DNA of 64,000 nt from Mytilus trossulus. Taxonomy: Eukaryota. A program made the translations under genes and the position numbers. Positions 1 through 11,610 of this stretch are shown here, one piece after another. The stretch spans positions 65,968,001-66,032,000 of the forward strand of contig NC_086378.1 of NCBI RefSeq assembly GCF_036588685.1, in the 5' to 3' direction. Position 1 is the first letter of the stretch; each line of letters starts with the position of its first letter. Below the pieces are notes generated by a model that had not been told where the DNA came from, made no database searches, and saw only the letters and a program-made list of their open reading frames with translations.

Positions 1-1296
1 CGAATGAATTGGCCAAGCACAACTTTTACATTTGTCAGTTTCTAAGGCACTGTAAAGATCGGAACACATTAATTTGGTGTACGGGATATTTGTAGAGATC
101 TGTATGGCATGGTTCATCTGACCTTGACTTTTTTTTTTATGAAACATTGATAATCGTAAGCGCATTTGACACTTCTAGTAAAACCCTTTATATTATAGAC
201 GTTCAACAAATATTCTATCACAAGTAAAGCAAACAAGACATTACAGCATTTTGAAATGTGCTGTTTTTGCTATGATTTTTTGTCTGATGGATAACATTTT
301 GGTTTAAACGTTGCATATCCATATTATTGGCTAACTAGTGTCGGTGTGCCTGAAGTGCACTGGACCGATTCACAGAGCTGAATCTTTCACACTTATTAAG
401 ACACGTTATTAGGTGTTTTTTTTTAACTTTTGAGGTAAAGTGTTGAATAGAAAAAAAAAATATAGCTTTAATGTTCATCCTTATCAATATAGTTACAGGC
501 TTCAACCACTTGCAGATTTATTAAATGGTAAAAGAAATACTGATTTCTGATTACTAGTATAAAGTCTGGTCACGCATTTTCTTTCACGATCGAAAAAATA
601 CGTTGCCTGATCTTTCACGATCAAGTTTGATGGAAATTCTAGAAATTCAAGGTTTTCATAAACAAATTAACGCTTTTAATGGAAGAACATTCTTTAATTT
701 TACTGCACTATCAGATACACCAAAGATTAAATTTCAAATATATCATGATATTCTGAAATATGACCATTATAGGTACACAAAGCGTGTTATTTGTAATTAA
801 TTTCATAGACACGCATTGCGCCTTTTGTGTTTTTTCAAAAAGTACATCATATTTTCTTTATCTTCTTTCACAGTTATGTTGAGGAAGTTAAACCATTTTG
901 ACAGACATATTTTTTTGTTCGGATTTGTTCCGCGTTTTGAAAATTTAGCGATTTTTTCAAAGATTCTGAACTAGAATGTACATTAAATGCCTTTCACGAT
1001 CCGTTACCAGAACTTTCACGATCGTCTCTCAATACTTGACCGCCGTTAGATATTCTTTCACGCCCATTTCTCTCGATAAACCGAATGACACCCGTGATAC
1101 CACACTGTGTGGATTTAGTTAATTAGTAACATTACCACAGTTGTTATTATCAAAGTGAATCAATAATGATACCCAGTGTACAATTGGTTGTGTTCTTCTC
1201 ATCCTTGGTCAAAACTCATCATATGCTGTTTTTATTTTATTTTCATCATGTTTTGCAAAAGTAAAATTTGACATCTTCCTCTTCTTTATGATTTAT

Positions 1297-1570
1297 ATAA
1301 ATGCAACCGTAAAATACCGCTGTTGAAAAGTCATAAATCAATTGAGAGAAATAAATCCAGGTTACTAACTCAAACCAAGAGAAACACATCAAATATAAGT
1401 GGAAAACAACGAAATAACAGAACACAAAAGTGCAACAAAAACAAACAACAATGCAATATACATAGAAACGAACTAATATATAACAACTGCCATATTCCTG
1501 ACTTGGTACAGGACATCTTAAGAAAAATGGGGGTTGAACCTGGTTTTGTGGCTAGCCAATCCTCTACGCT
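1297..1570 (+). repeat. Interspersed repeat (family starting AATAAAGGCAACAGTAGTATACCGCTGTTC), diverged copy
   Basis: Similar to the reverse complements of 10549-10693 and ~28570-28712 and to 29348-29375. Continues into the ACAACTGCCATATTCCTGACTTGGTACAGG motif, which recurs at ~2075, ~47776 and ~50722. Confidence 0.6.
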
Positions 1571-4035
1571 TTATGGCAATGTTGTATACTGCTAAAGTGA
1601 CATAATTACATGACGAGAATGCAGTAAAAATAAATGTTAGAACACCAATGACAGATAAATACATAAATAAATGATATAATAGAACATGTCTACATTCTAA
1701 CCAAAGAATAACCAGAATTAATTAGGAAAGTACACACAAACAACTTAAAGCTTAGTGTTGGTTTTTTTTCCGGATTCTTAAATGATTTTTGTCTACTTTG
1801 ACTGGTATCGTAGTTATATAATTAATGTTCGAAAATGGGTTTAAACACCATTTCTTTTCAAACCGAGTTCAATGAAAATTATTGCATGGGGGAAATGTAT
1901 GTTATTGTCACACAGAAAGAGCGAATATTATTCACCATATAAAGAAAATAACGTCAACAAATTATGTAACAAAATAACTAAAAGGGTAAATTCAAAATGA
2001 GGGAAGTCAGAAAAAAATTGACCAAAAAAACCCCAACAAACGTTAGACTTTATTGACAAACAGAACAAATGGATAACAGCTGTCATATTCCTGACTTGGT
2101 ACAGGCAGATTCTGAAGTAATTGAAAGGTTTAACCTAAGTTTATAGCCATCTAGATAAACCTCATACATGATTGGTTAAGGTGTCAAAACTTTGGATCTA
2201 GCAGCCCAATTGTGTTAATAAACATACAAGACATAAAAAAAAAGACTTGAGTACATTTAAAAAAATAAATTCCCGACAATATTAAATATTTTTATTCAGC
2301 CATTTAACCTGATTAAATATAAGAATAACAAGAGACTACATTAATAAAGTACAAATCAATCAAAAGTTTATTTGTACACCTGTTATTTGTATAAGATTTG
2401 GCTGATTAAAGGGGTACTTGTTGTCAAATTCATGTTCACCGATTTTAACTCATATTTGGTTTATAACAATGTAAAACATTTATCCAAACTATCAAAAGTC
2501 TTAAATAAACCATTAACAGAGCACGAGCATGAAATTACGTAGCTTCGTTTCGGGGGTATTTTAGTCTAGACGCCATCTAATTTATTATCGAGTGTTGACC
2601 TCTATAGTCACCCGATGACCATATAAGCGATGTATAAACATAAATATAGATATAAATAGATTAAGCAAGCTCGTGCTGTGAGATTACTAGTATTCTAGGA
2701 CTTTTTTATTTCATATTATAGATGAAAAATAAATGTTAATCTTAGATTTTACCTATATAAGAATGATTTTCTGTGGATCGAATCAGTCAATCAAATGATT
2801 TGCCTTTGTTTCACTTTCAATGTTGACATACCTTTCCTTTAAATAACTTTACACATACAATTCACGTGTTATCCATCCCAAGCTGAGGGGTTAAATTGAA
2901 GTTCATATGACTACGGATTTAATGAGGTCGAAATATTCACTTGCAAGTGAATAATTGATAAACAATGTTTTTTTAAGCTTATTTTGACAAAATCAAACCA
3001 TACTGGCTGCTAAAAGCTAAATCTGTCGTAAAGTTGTCAATTGTTCAGATCTTCTTTTATATATTAAAATATATTTTTTGCACTCTTTTGGTCTATTTGA
3101 AAAATTTGTTTGTGCTGTATTTAGACCCCTCTACAACGAAATTTGTTAGATGCACACGTATAAAAAATGCGGTTTTATCCAACGCAATCAAAGCATAGGT
3201 TTGAACGTTGTGTTCAATTAAGATTTTGTTTCTTTATTTTTATGTTTATATATATAAAACATTAAAATCGCCTGGTATATAAGATTTTACTGCAGTTCAT
3301 TTAATTTTATAATGCAGATTGATAGAAAACATCGAACCGCAAATAATGTAACAAATTTAAATTATTTGTGAATCATCTACTTTGAATATTTTATCCAAAT
3401 GATTCGATGTATAAATGTATTGATAGGTTATAGTAAAATCACAAAAATACTGAACTCCGTGGAAAATTCAAAAGGAAAGTCTCTCATCAAATGGCAAAAT
3501 CAAAAGCTCAACGATTATTTATAGTGGGTTGGAGAACTGTTTTCGTTTGCAGTACCGGTATAAGTGATAATGCTCTTAAAGCATTTAAGGGTTTATGTAC
3601 CATGTGTAACAGGTTATCATCAATAACATATAATTAAATTATTTTGTTGTCACTGTCAGAAAAAAATACGAAGGGCATTGTGTATAATAACATCAAGAGT
3701 AACTGATTTGGTCAGAAATCACGTCTCAGTATGTTCTAATACATTTATCCAGTTATTGTATACAGTATGAACACATTTTTTTATCAACACAAAGTTCATA
3801 ACAGGGCAACACATTATAATCCATTCGTAACGAAGTAATGACTTACACATTTAACGAAGTTGAATAAGATAACTCTTTCAGTCTTGATCAAATGAACAGT
3901 GAAAGGCTCTTAGCTAGATTATACTGGTATATTAGAAAGCATTGAACAATAAATGTAGTAAATGAGTTACTTGTCAATAATGTTTTACAATTCAATTTCA
4001 TACAAGCTTCATTAAAAATTAATTAAATTGAATAT

Positions 4036-4077
4036 TCATCTGATGGGTCGTTTGTAGACGAAACACGGGTCTGGCGT
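4036..4077 (+). ncRNA. Degenerate type I hammerhead ribozyme relic (retrozyme family)
   Basis: CTGATGG-GTC-GTTTGTA-GAC-GAAAC-ACGG-GTC-TGGCGT has the same layout as 15125-15168, but the core (CUGAUGG) and the palindromic stem III are mutated. Confidence 0.55.
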
Positions 4078-4340
4078 ACAAAACTATTAGCCTGGTATAT
4101 TTGGTGAGTGTAAGCACAGTCAAATCAACAGACGTGAATGTATTGTCAAAAAATTAACAATAATAATATGTAATTGCTACTTGTATAAAATCGCGCAGTG
4201 AGTACAAAAATGCACATACAATCTTGTGTATCAGTTTTTAAATAGTATCACATTGTATTTGATTAACACTTAGAAATCAAATATTAAGACAGGAAAATAT
4301 TTAATACAAAAGAAATCAAGTCATTTGATTTATATAACTA

Positions 4341-4824
4341 TAATAAAATTGAGAATGGAAATGGGGAATGTATCAAAGAGACTATAACCCGACCATAGAA
4401 AAAACAACAGCGGAAGGTCACCAACAGGTCTTCAATGTAACGAAAAATTCCCGCAGCCGGAGGTGTCCATCGGCTGGCCCCTAAACAAATATATACTAGT
4501 TCAGTGATGATGAACGCCATACTTATTTCCAAATTGTACACCAGAAATTAAATTAAAATGATACAAGACTAACAAAGACCAGAGGCTCCTGACTTGGGAC
4601 AGGCACAAAAATGCGGCGGGGTTAAACATGTTTATGAGATCTCAAACCGCTCCCTATACCTCTAGCCAATGTAGGAAAGTAAACGCATAACAATACGTAC
4701 ATTTAAAATTCAATTCAAGAGAAGTCCGAGTCTGATGTCAGAAGATGTAACCAAAAAAAATAAAAAAAATGACAATTATACATAAATAACAACAGACTAC
4801 TAGCAGTTAACTGACATGCCAGCT
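4341..4824 (+). repeat. Interspersed repeat starting AATAAAATTGAGAATGGAAATGGGGAATG
   Basis: The same head sequence recurs at ~48827 (+) and ~59660-59691 (-). No coding potential. Confidence 0.6.
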
Positions 4825-4863
4825 ATACATGTCTAAAAATATAATTCATCATATATGGTATCT

Positions 4864-5613
4864 ATGTTCCAGACCGTATGAGTATTTGGATCGTACGCGT
4901 ACGGTCTGGACCGTATGCGTACTTTTTTTTTAAAGTACGCGTACGGTCTGATTAATATTAAGAAGTTTGTCAAGTTTATTAGATACACATGTATATAACA
5001 GATCAACATATCTTATATCTCAAATTAATATAAAAAGTTTAATAGTAATTGAAATCAAAACGTAATATTTTAACTATTTGAAAACAAAATTACACTGATT
5101 TAATCTGTTAATCTCCTGTATTTAACATGTCAGTATGTTTCAATAATTGCTGCCCATTATGCTCCTTGTAATTGAAGTTATCAGAAGAAAATATAATGTT
5201 GGAGAACAATTGTTTTAGAATATTTAGGAACTTTACAAAAAATGCATATGCATAGGAACATGCATGATCAAAACTTGTTAATGTAAAACAAATATTTGGA
5301 AGCAATTCTTTGTCACCTTGGGCCAGAGTGACAAAATAAGATTCACGGATATAAAAATATTTAATTTCAATTGTTCGCTTATTTACTGAATCCATCTAAT
5401 TGTAATAATAAGAATTTGTGTAACTAAAAATACAGATTATGATAAATATTTGTTTAAATTTAACCCATAAGATCCCAAAACATGTATGATCAGCTGGACC
5501 GTACACGTATACTCATACGGTCCGACCGTACGCATATGGTAGGACCGTACGAGTATACGTATACGGTCCGGACCGTACGCGTACGGTTCAAATACTCATA
5601 TGGTCTGGAACAT
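4864..5613. mobile_element. MITE (~750 bp) with palindrome-rich TIRs
   Basis: The left end ATGTTCCAGACCGTATGAGTATTTGGATCGTACGCGTACGGTC is the near reverse complement of the right end GACCGTACGCGTACGGTTCAAATACTCATATGGTCTGGAACAT. AT-rich non-coding interior. Confidence 0.85.
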
Positions 5614-6070
5614 CTATATAGAGTTAGTGTTCCTTGTATTATTAAATATTTAAACTTTTTCATTTGTCACGTGATTTTATTTTATTTGCCTGTATATGCA
5701 TATGTTATCAGGTTAATAGTGATTGATTGTAAAGAAATTATCGATTTCAAAGGTAAACTGTTTTAATTTTTGAAGTAAAGCTATAGCAAATAGTTGTTTA
5801 GAAGATTAATAGAATACTTTTATGAAATTGTAAAGGAAAAATATCACATTCAGTGCGTTTCAAACGCTTTTACACTTACTTCCTGGTTTACATTGAAGTT
5901 TGTTTAAAGAAACTACTTTTTTATTATTGAGTATCATATTAAGACGTCCGTTCGATTGAATCAAATTTTGCCCTATAGCACGTAATGAAATTCATAAATA
6001 CCTGACGCCTTCAATTTGGTTAACATGTCCGTTCCAAAAAAAAATATAGTATAGTGCATCGTATATTCTG

Positions 6071-7090
6071 TATATGTTCCGGACCATATGAGTATCTGGA
6101 CCATACGCGTATGGTCATGACCATATGGGTATATACTCATATAGTCCGACCATACGCGTATGGTCGGACCGTACGCGTATGGTCGGGGTAATCAACACGT
6201 TTACTTTTAAACTCTTCATTAGGTGTGACCCTTCTGATTGTTACGTCACTAAAATGTCATTTTATGTATATTAAAAAAAAATTATTTAAAAAAACAGTTT
6301 CGCACAGTTAATATTTCTTACTATTTGTAAGTACAATTATAAAAAGATGCCAAAATTAAATGAACATATTGTACAAGGAATTTTATTGTTTAAAGTAGGT
6401 GACATCACCGGCAAGGATCATGATATTTTTTAAGACATTTTAAAATTAAAATATTAAAAGTGTATGTTTCTTTATTTTTTCTATTCCTTTTTTCTATACT
6501 TCTATTTAATCTAAATTATAAGACGGTAAAATAGCATTTAAGAGCCATGAAATAGCCACTGTCTTTATCTAAATTGATCTGTGAAATTCATTTTATGATA
6601 TTGGAGATCTAGAGTTTCTCAAAAACACCGTAGACACATCGGAATTGTCCGAGTCGATATCACTGCACGCAGCCAAAACAAGCAATCTCAGAAAAATGAC
6701 ATGTATGGTACCGTGTGAATTTCATTTTAAGTGTACAAAAGCATACACGAATACAATTAGCGATGAAAACTAAGATCAACTGACTGTGGCATCAATATTC
6801 AATGTTAATGTAGCTTTTGACATGTAAAATTAATACATTTTTTTGTAAACACATTTGTTTTTAAGATAAAGTTTATTGTATTATTTCTATTGTAAATTTG
6901 AAAAAATACCTATATGGTCCAAATACTCATATGGTCCGGCCCGTTCATAACCAAACGAGTATAATACTCATATGGTCCGACCATACGCGTACGGTCGGAC
7001 CATACGCGTATGGTCGGACCATATGAGTATACGCATATGGTCATGACCATACGCGTATGGTCCAAATACTCATATGGTCCGGAACATATA
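6071..7090. mobile_element. MITE (~1.0 kb), TIRs related to those of 4864-5613
   Basis: TATATGTTCCGGACCATATGAGTAT... / ...ATACTCATATGGTCCGGAACATATA. About 115-bp TIRs built from ACGCGT-centred palindromes, in a TA/TATA flanking context. Confidence 0.9.
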
Positions 7091-7280
7091 TACTGTTCCG
7101 TTAATATCAAATTGAAATACACCTTCACACTATCGGGATTTTTCATGTAGATAAATTTGACCATATTGTCCAATACATTGTTAAAGTATAAGTCAATGGG
7201 AAGAAATGACATCTTTGAAATAGAACTCATATATTGAAATACCATGATCATTATCTAATGTTTTATTTAGCAGGAATAGT

Positions 7281-8975
7281 ATGGCAGAGAGTATTGCAGT
7301 TAATTGTGAACCTTGTGGGTATGATGGTTTATCAAAGTCTGCTCATTTATGGTGTAATGACTGTGGAGAAGGCTTCTGTGAAGAATGTGTCAAAGACCAT
7401 AAAAGGACAAAATTACTACGATCCCACCACTTGATTTCAATAACTGACTACATGAACAACACAGAGCTGGTCAATGATGACAACTGTGAGAGTCACAAAG
7501 AGCCATTTGAATTTTTCTGCTCACAACATGACTCAATACTTTGCCTAAAATGTTTCCAAGACCATCACAGTAATTGCAAAATATCTAAGCTGTCAGAAGT
7601 TACAAAAGGATCCAAAACTTCTACTGCACTAGCAGATCTTGAAAACGAGATTCAAAGTACGAGTCAAAACTTTGATGAATGTCAAGAGAAGGAAGACAAA
7701 TATACTACTGATTTGAAAGACCAAGAACAAAGTATCCGAGATGAAGTTATTGATATACGTCGCAAAATAAACAACCACTTAGACCAGTTACAGAAAACTC
7801 TTCTAAGAGATCTTGGTTTGAAATATAACAATTGCTCTACAAATGTAACCGAGTATTTTTCTGCTGTTAAGGTAAAAAATGCCGACATAAAAGCGCTACA
7901 CATTCGTATTTCTAACATGAAGAAGTATGCATCTGAGAAACAAGTCTTCATTGGAATACGGCAAATAGGAAATCTATTTAATAAACATAAACAAGACATT
8001 GAGAAAAACTTACAGAGAGAGACAAAGTTCGATTTAGAATTAACAACGAATGATGTTGAAAAGTCTTTACTTTCAGACCTCAAATCATTTGGTGATATTG
8101 TCGTCCGCGAAAGTTCTGACACGTTTAAGTTCGTCGATCGTTCAAAGAAACAAGCACAACTCAACATTCTGAAACATGACTCAATCGATAGAATCAATCT
8201 GCATCTTCATCAATCGATAGAGATAACACGTCTACCAGGTCAGGCAATGTCTCTGACTCCTTGTGTTATTCTTCCTACAAAGCAGCTTGCATTTGCTGAT
8301 GAAATGTATAACAGACTCGTATTTTATAACGGCGACGGGAGTTTCAGTGGTAAGATTGAAGTCGGTGAAATACTTGATCTTACGCCTATTGATAGTAATC
8401 ACATAGCTGTTCTTGTCGATGGACATATTAAGATAGTGGATATCAATACAAAGAAGATAGAAAGGACTATTAATGAATGCAATGAAGCTGAATGGGGAAT
8501 ATACTATGGAAACGGAAAGCTGTACGTTGCGGGGGAAAGACGCATAAAGATGATTTATTTGGATGGAACTGGTTTGCAATATGTTCCTGTAAAATTGGAT
8601 GGGGTTTATAATGTAGCAGTACACAATGATCAGATATTTTGTGTAAGCTTGAATACTGAAACTATTTATGCTATTGACCATGCTGGTAATCAATTATGGA
8701 CATTTCATGACAATCGTTTACATAGTCAAACAATCTTTAGGTATTGTGTTTCTACTTCATTAGATGTGGATAAGCATGGTAACGTTTTCATTGTTCTACC
8801 AGACTATGATCAGGTTCTAGTAGTATCTAGTGACGGAAAACATCACCGTGATATTCTGGACAAATCAAATAATCTTAATGGTCCAAACGGGATTTCTTAT
8901 TGTCGAGAAACTGACCAACTGTTAGTTTGTAACATAAGCAACGAAGTTGCGTCAATTTATGACAACATAATTTGA
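7281..8975 (+). CDS. RING-less TRIM-like protein: B-box1, B-box2, coiled coil, C-terminal NHL-like beta-propeller (564 aa, single coding exon)
   Basis: B-box1 CEPC..CNDC.EGFCEECVKDH..H; B-box2 CESH..FFCSQHDSILCLKCFQDHH..C; heptad region ~aa 115-250; propeller motifs LDVDKHGNVFI and NGPNGISY. Splice acceptor TTTTATTTAGCAG just upstream of the ATG. Confidence 0.92.
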   Translation: MAESIAVNCEPCGYDGLSKSAHLWCNDCGEGFCEECVKDHKRTKLLRSHHLISITDYMNNTELVNDDNCESHKEPFEFFCSQHDSILCLKCFQDHHSNCKISKLSEVTKGSKTSTALADLENEIQSTSQNFDECQEKEDKYTTDLKDQEQSIRDEVIDIRRKINNHLDQLQKTLLRDLGLKYNNCSTNVTEYFSAVKVKNADIKALHIRISNMKKYASEKQVFIGIRQIGNLFNKHKQDIEKNLQRETKFDLELTTNDVEKSLLSDLKSFGDIVVRESSDTFKFVDRSKKQAQLNILKHDSIDRINLHLHQSIEITRLPGQAMSLTPCVILPTKQLAFADEMYNRLVFYNGDGSFSGKIEVGEILDLTPIDSNHIAVLVDGHIKIVDINTKKIERTINECNEAEWGIYYGNGKLYVAGERRIKMIYLDGTGLQYVPVKLDGVYNVAVHNDQIFCVSLNTETIYAIDHAGNQLWTFHDNRLHSQTIFRYCVSTSLDVDKHGNVFIVLPDYDQVLVVSSDGKHHRDILDKSNNLNGPNGISYCRETDQLLVCNISNEVASIYDNII

Positions 8976-10548
8976 TTGCATTTAAAGTGATTACATCTAT
9001 TTATGTAATCTTTTGTTATCGTCACAGTCAACTGCAACAATCTGTAGGGACACAATTGTTTTTGAGTCTACCGCAAATTCATGTTATGAAATATCTAAGT
9101 GCAAATTTCTGGACAAAAAATACTTTATACGACTTCCTCTCGTATCATTTAAACAGAATGATTTGTATTTTAAATTATTAACCATACATGTAAGGGAATT
9201 TTCTTAAATTTAGAAAGTTTTTTTTTAGTTCCTTATTTAGTTTAGGGTAAAAGGCCATGAGACAGCAATCCTACAATAAGAATAACAAAAAATAGTGGAA
9301 GGGAAATATAGTCCACAACACTACACAATTGTAATTAAAACTTGTCAATTAAAAAAAACCCATCAGAACAATTAACTTTTAAAATAAGACATAACATTAT
9401 AAATGCTATGGGTTATGACACACACCAACGTTGTTCATTTGGATTTCATTCTAAGAGATATGGTACGTGAAGGAAAAAGATACCCAATCAGCCTTACCTT
9501 TATAAATTCATTTTTTTCCCAATAAAATAGTTGACTGTAATGTGAAGATGTTCTTACAGACACAAATGTAAAAACAGCAAAATATAATGTTTTATTACAG
9601 TATAAGAGGTATACGAGAGAGAATACTTTATATGTAGAAAAAAATACAACAATAAATATTTGAGATAAGAATTTACTTTAATGTAACAAATGAATATTCA
9701 AACAAATCCAATAATTTTACATTTGTACCTACGAAATTTGAGAAGATGTTTCGAACTGATTTAGTTAGGACGTTATTTTATTTAACTTGATTATAGGTAA
9801 TACAGGAGGCAAATTGACTCATGTTATTTTGTGGTTTAGGTTGTAAGTAGCTGTGTATTTGGAAATAAAGCAAGTCAAATTAATCAGTCATATGTTTTAT
9901 AATTTTTTTTTATTTTCAAACAAATCTTTGGATATTTTCCAAATAAACTGGCCAAAGAGAGACAATTTTAATCACATCTAATCCAGCTTATTTGAAAAAC
10001 GCATTAATTCATTTCTTGTCAGTATAATTTTATTACACCAATACAAAAGGACCTGGAAGGTTAAAATTAACAGACTTATAACCTTTTCTACATAATTGAA
10101 AACGCATTTGCATTTTTAGAAGTATAAAATATGAATATGTGTAATGTCATGCATCCCAAAATTTTCGATTCAAACTGAAAAATAAGGCTTGTATTTATTT
10201 CCTATCAATGTTTCGTTGATGGAGTTATGATGCGTATACGGAAGATTTGTTATAGGATTATACACCGTGTAGAACGCCACATACGGAGTGCCAGCTATGT
10301 TTGACACGGGTTTACAATTTCGAAGCGAAGTAAGTAAGTATCAAAATTTCTTTTTTTAGAATTCTTAGTACCATATAATGTATTGCACGAAAGAAACGGA
10401 AACCCAATCTATTACCTGCATGCAGAAGCAGTCGTTTTCAGTGCTCTGTTTCCTCAAACACCTCTCCCTAGTTTTCAATGTTGCAAATGTTGAGGCTTCA
10501 TATGCAAATTTCTGGACAAAAAATACTTTATTCGACTTCTTTTTGTCC

Positions 10549-10693
10549 GTTTCTGTGTGTGTTGCGCTTCGGTGTTGTGTCATTGTTCTCCTTATATTTA
10601 ATGCATTTCCCTCGGTTTTGTTTGTTACCCCGATTTTGTTTTTTGTCCATGGATTTATGAGTTTTGAACATCGTATACTACTATTGCCTTTAT
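10549..10693 (-). repeat. Interspersed repeat fragment inserted into the left TIR
   Basis: Absent from the right TIR and from the TIR fragment at 9100-9159. Same family as 1297-1570. Confidence 0.8.
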
Positions 10694-11116
10694 TCCTCTC
10701 GTATCATTTAAATAGAATTGAATTCCTATCATGGAATTTAACCAAGTACCAACTTCTTACTTAGAATTAATTGGTTTTAAACTAGTTTTTCATCAAAATA
10801 TAAAGTGTCGCTCGGGATGTCAGATTTTGCGTCCCAAGGGGTACAGGCTTTATCTGATACTTTTTAGTTCAAACACATCTATTTTATTGTGATAACACAT
10901 TACAAACTGAAGGTACTTAATTCCAGACATGGTATCGGGAAACAAGCATGATTTCTTTGATACGAGGTGTTATAGGTTATGCCAAGAGCCCGCCAAACGC
11001 CAGAAATTGGGTCTGCAGGTGACAATTGGCGTTATCGAAAGTTGTGTTTGTGATTAGTGGATGACAGGCGCAATTGTTTCAGCTAACGGAATAAAATTAA
11101 CGGTACCAATTTTCTT

Positions 11117-11160
11117 GCGCCAGATGCGCATTTCGACAATACATGTCTCTTCAGTGATGC
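11117..11160 (-). ncRNA. Type I hammerhead ribozyme, second variant (CUGAAGA core, AUC cleavage triplet)
   Basis: Minus strand GCATCA-CTGAAGA-GAC-ATGTATT-GTC-GAAA-TGCGCA-TC-TGGCGC. Stem II and the palindromic stem III show compensatory changes relative to 15125-15168. Confidence 0.8.
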
Positions 11161-11379
11161 TCGTGGTCAAAATATTTTGAACTTGTGGGAAATGGCCTTT
11201 CTTGTATAAACTCGTTTCTCTCTAGTTCGAGTGATATATTTGGAACACAATCACAGTATTTGAATGAACGCACAGTAGACATCTGGTATCAAGGAAACCA
11301 TGTCAGCCTCATAGAACATAATACAATGAGTCAACGTTAAAACCAAGATACCTAAAGCAGAGGTCAGAATTTGGGATAT

Positions 11380-11610
11380 CAAGGTCCATGGCGATGAAGT
11401 CTGATAGTATCTTTTGGCTTTGAACTGGAAAAATAGTTCCTGCGTCTTGGGAATCGACCATTCCGCGTTCACACAAGTTTTCTGTAATGTGTCCAATACG
11501 TTTTGGTCCTTCCATAAAATATAAAAATTTACCATGAAAAAAATCTGTAGCCAGTTTTCCAAAACCTCGAATTTGTATTCTTCTTGACATATATCTGAAC
11601 GCCTTCAGGC
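11380..11610 (-). pseudogene. Degenerate coding fragment inside the TIR element (possible transposase remnant)
   Basis: Follows an acceptor-like TTTTTCTAG. Removing one base from the 7-nt run at 11537-11543 gives RFWKTGYRFFHGKFLYFMEGPKRIGHITENLCERG. Family not identified. Confidence 0.45.

Noticed and set aside
2406-3030. Possible TTAA MITE starting TTAAAGGGGTACT
   Set aside because: No matching right TIR found.
5482-7251. ORFs with repeated DRTRMV-like peptides
   Set aside because: Translations of palindromic MITE TIRs.
7682-8693. Antisense ORFs of 171 and 153 aa
   Set aside because: Shadows of the TRIM-like CDS with no recognisable motifs.
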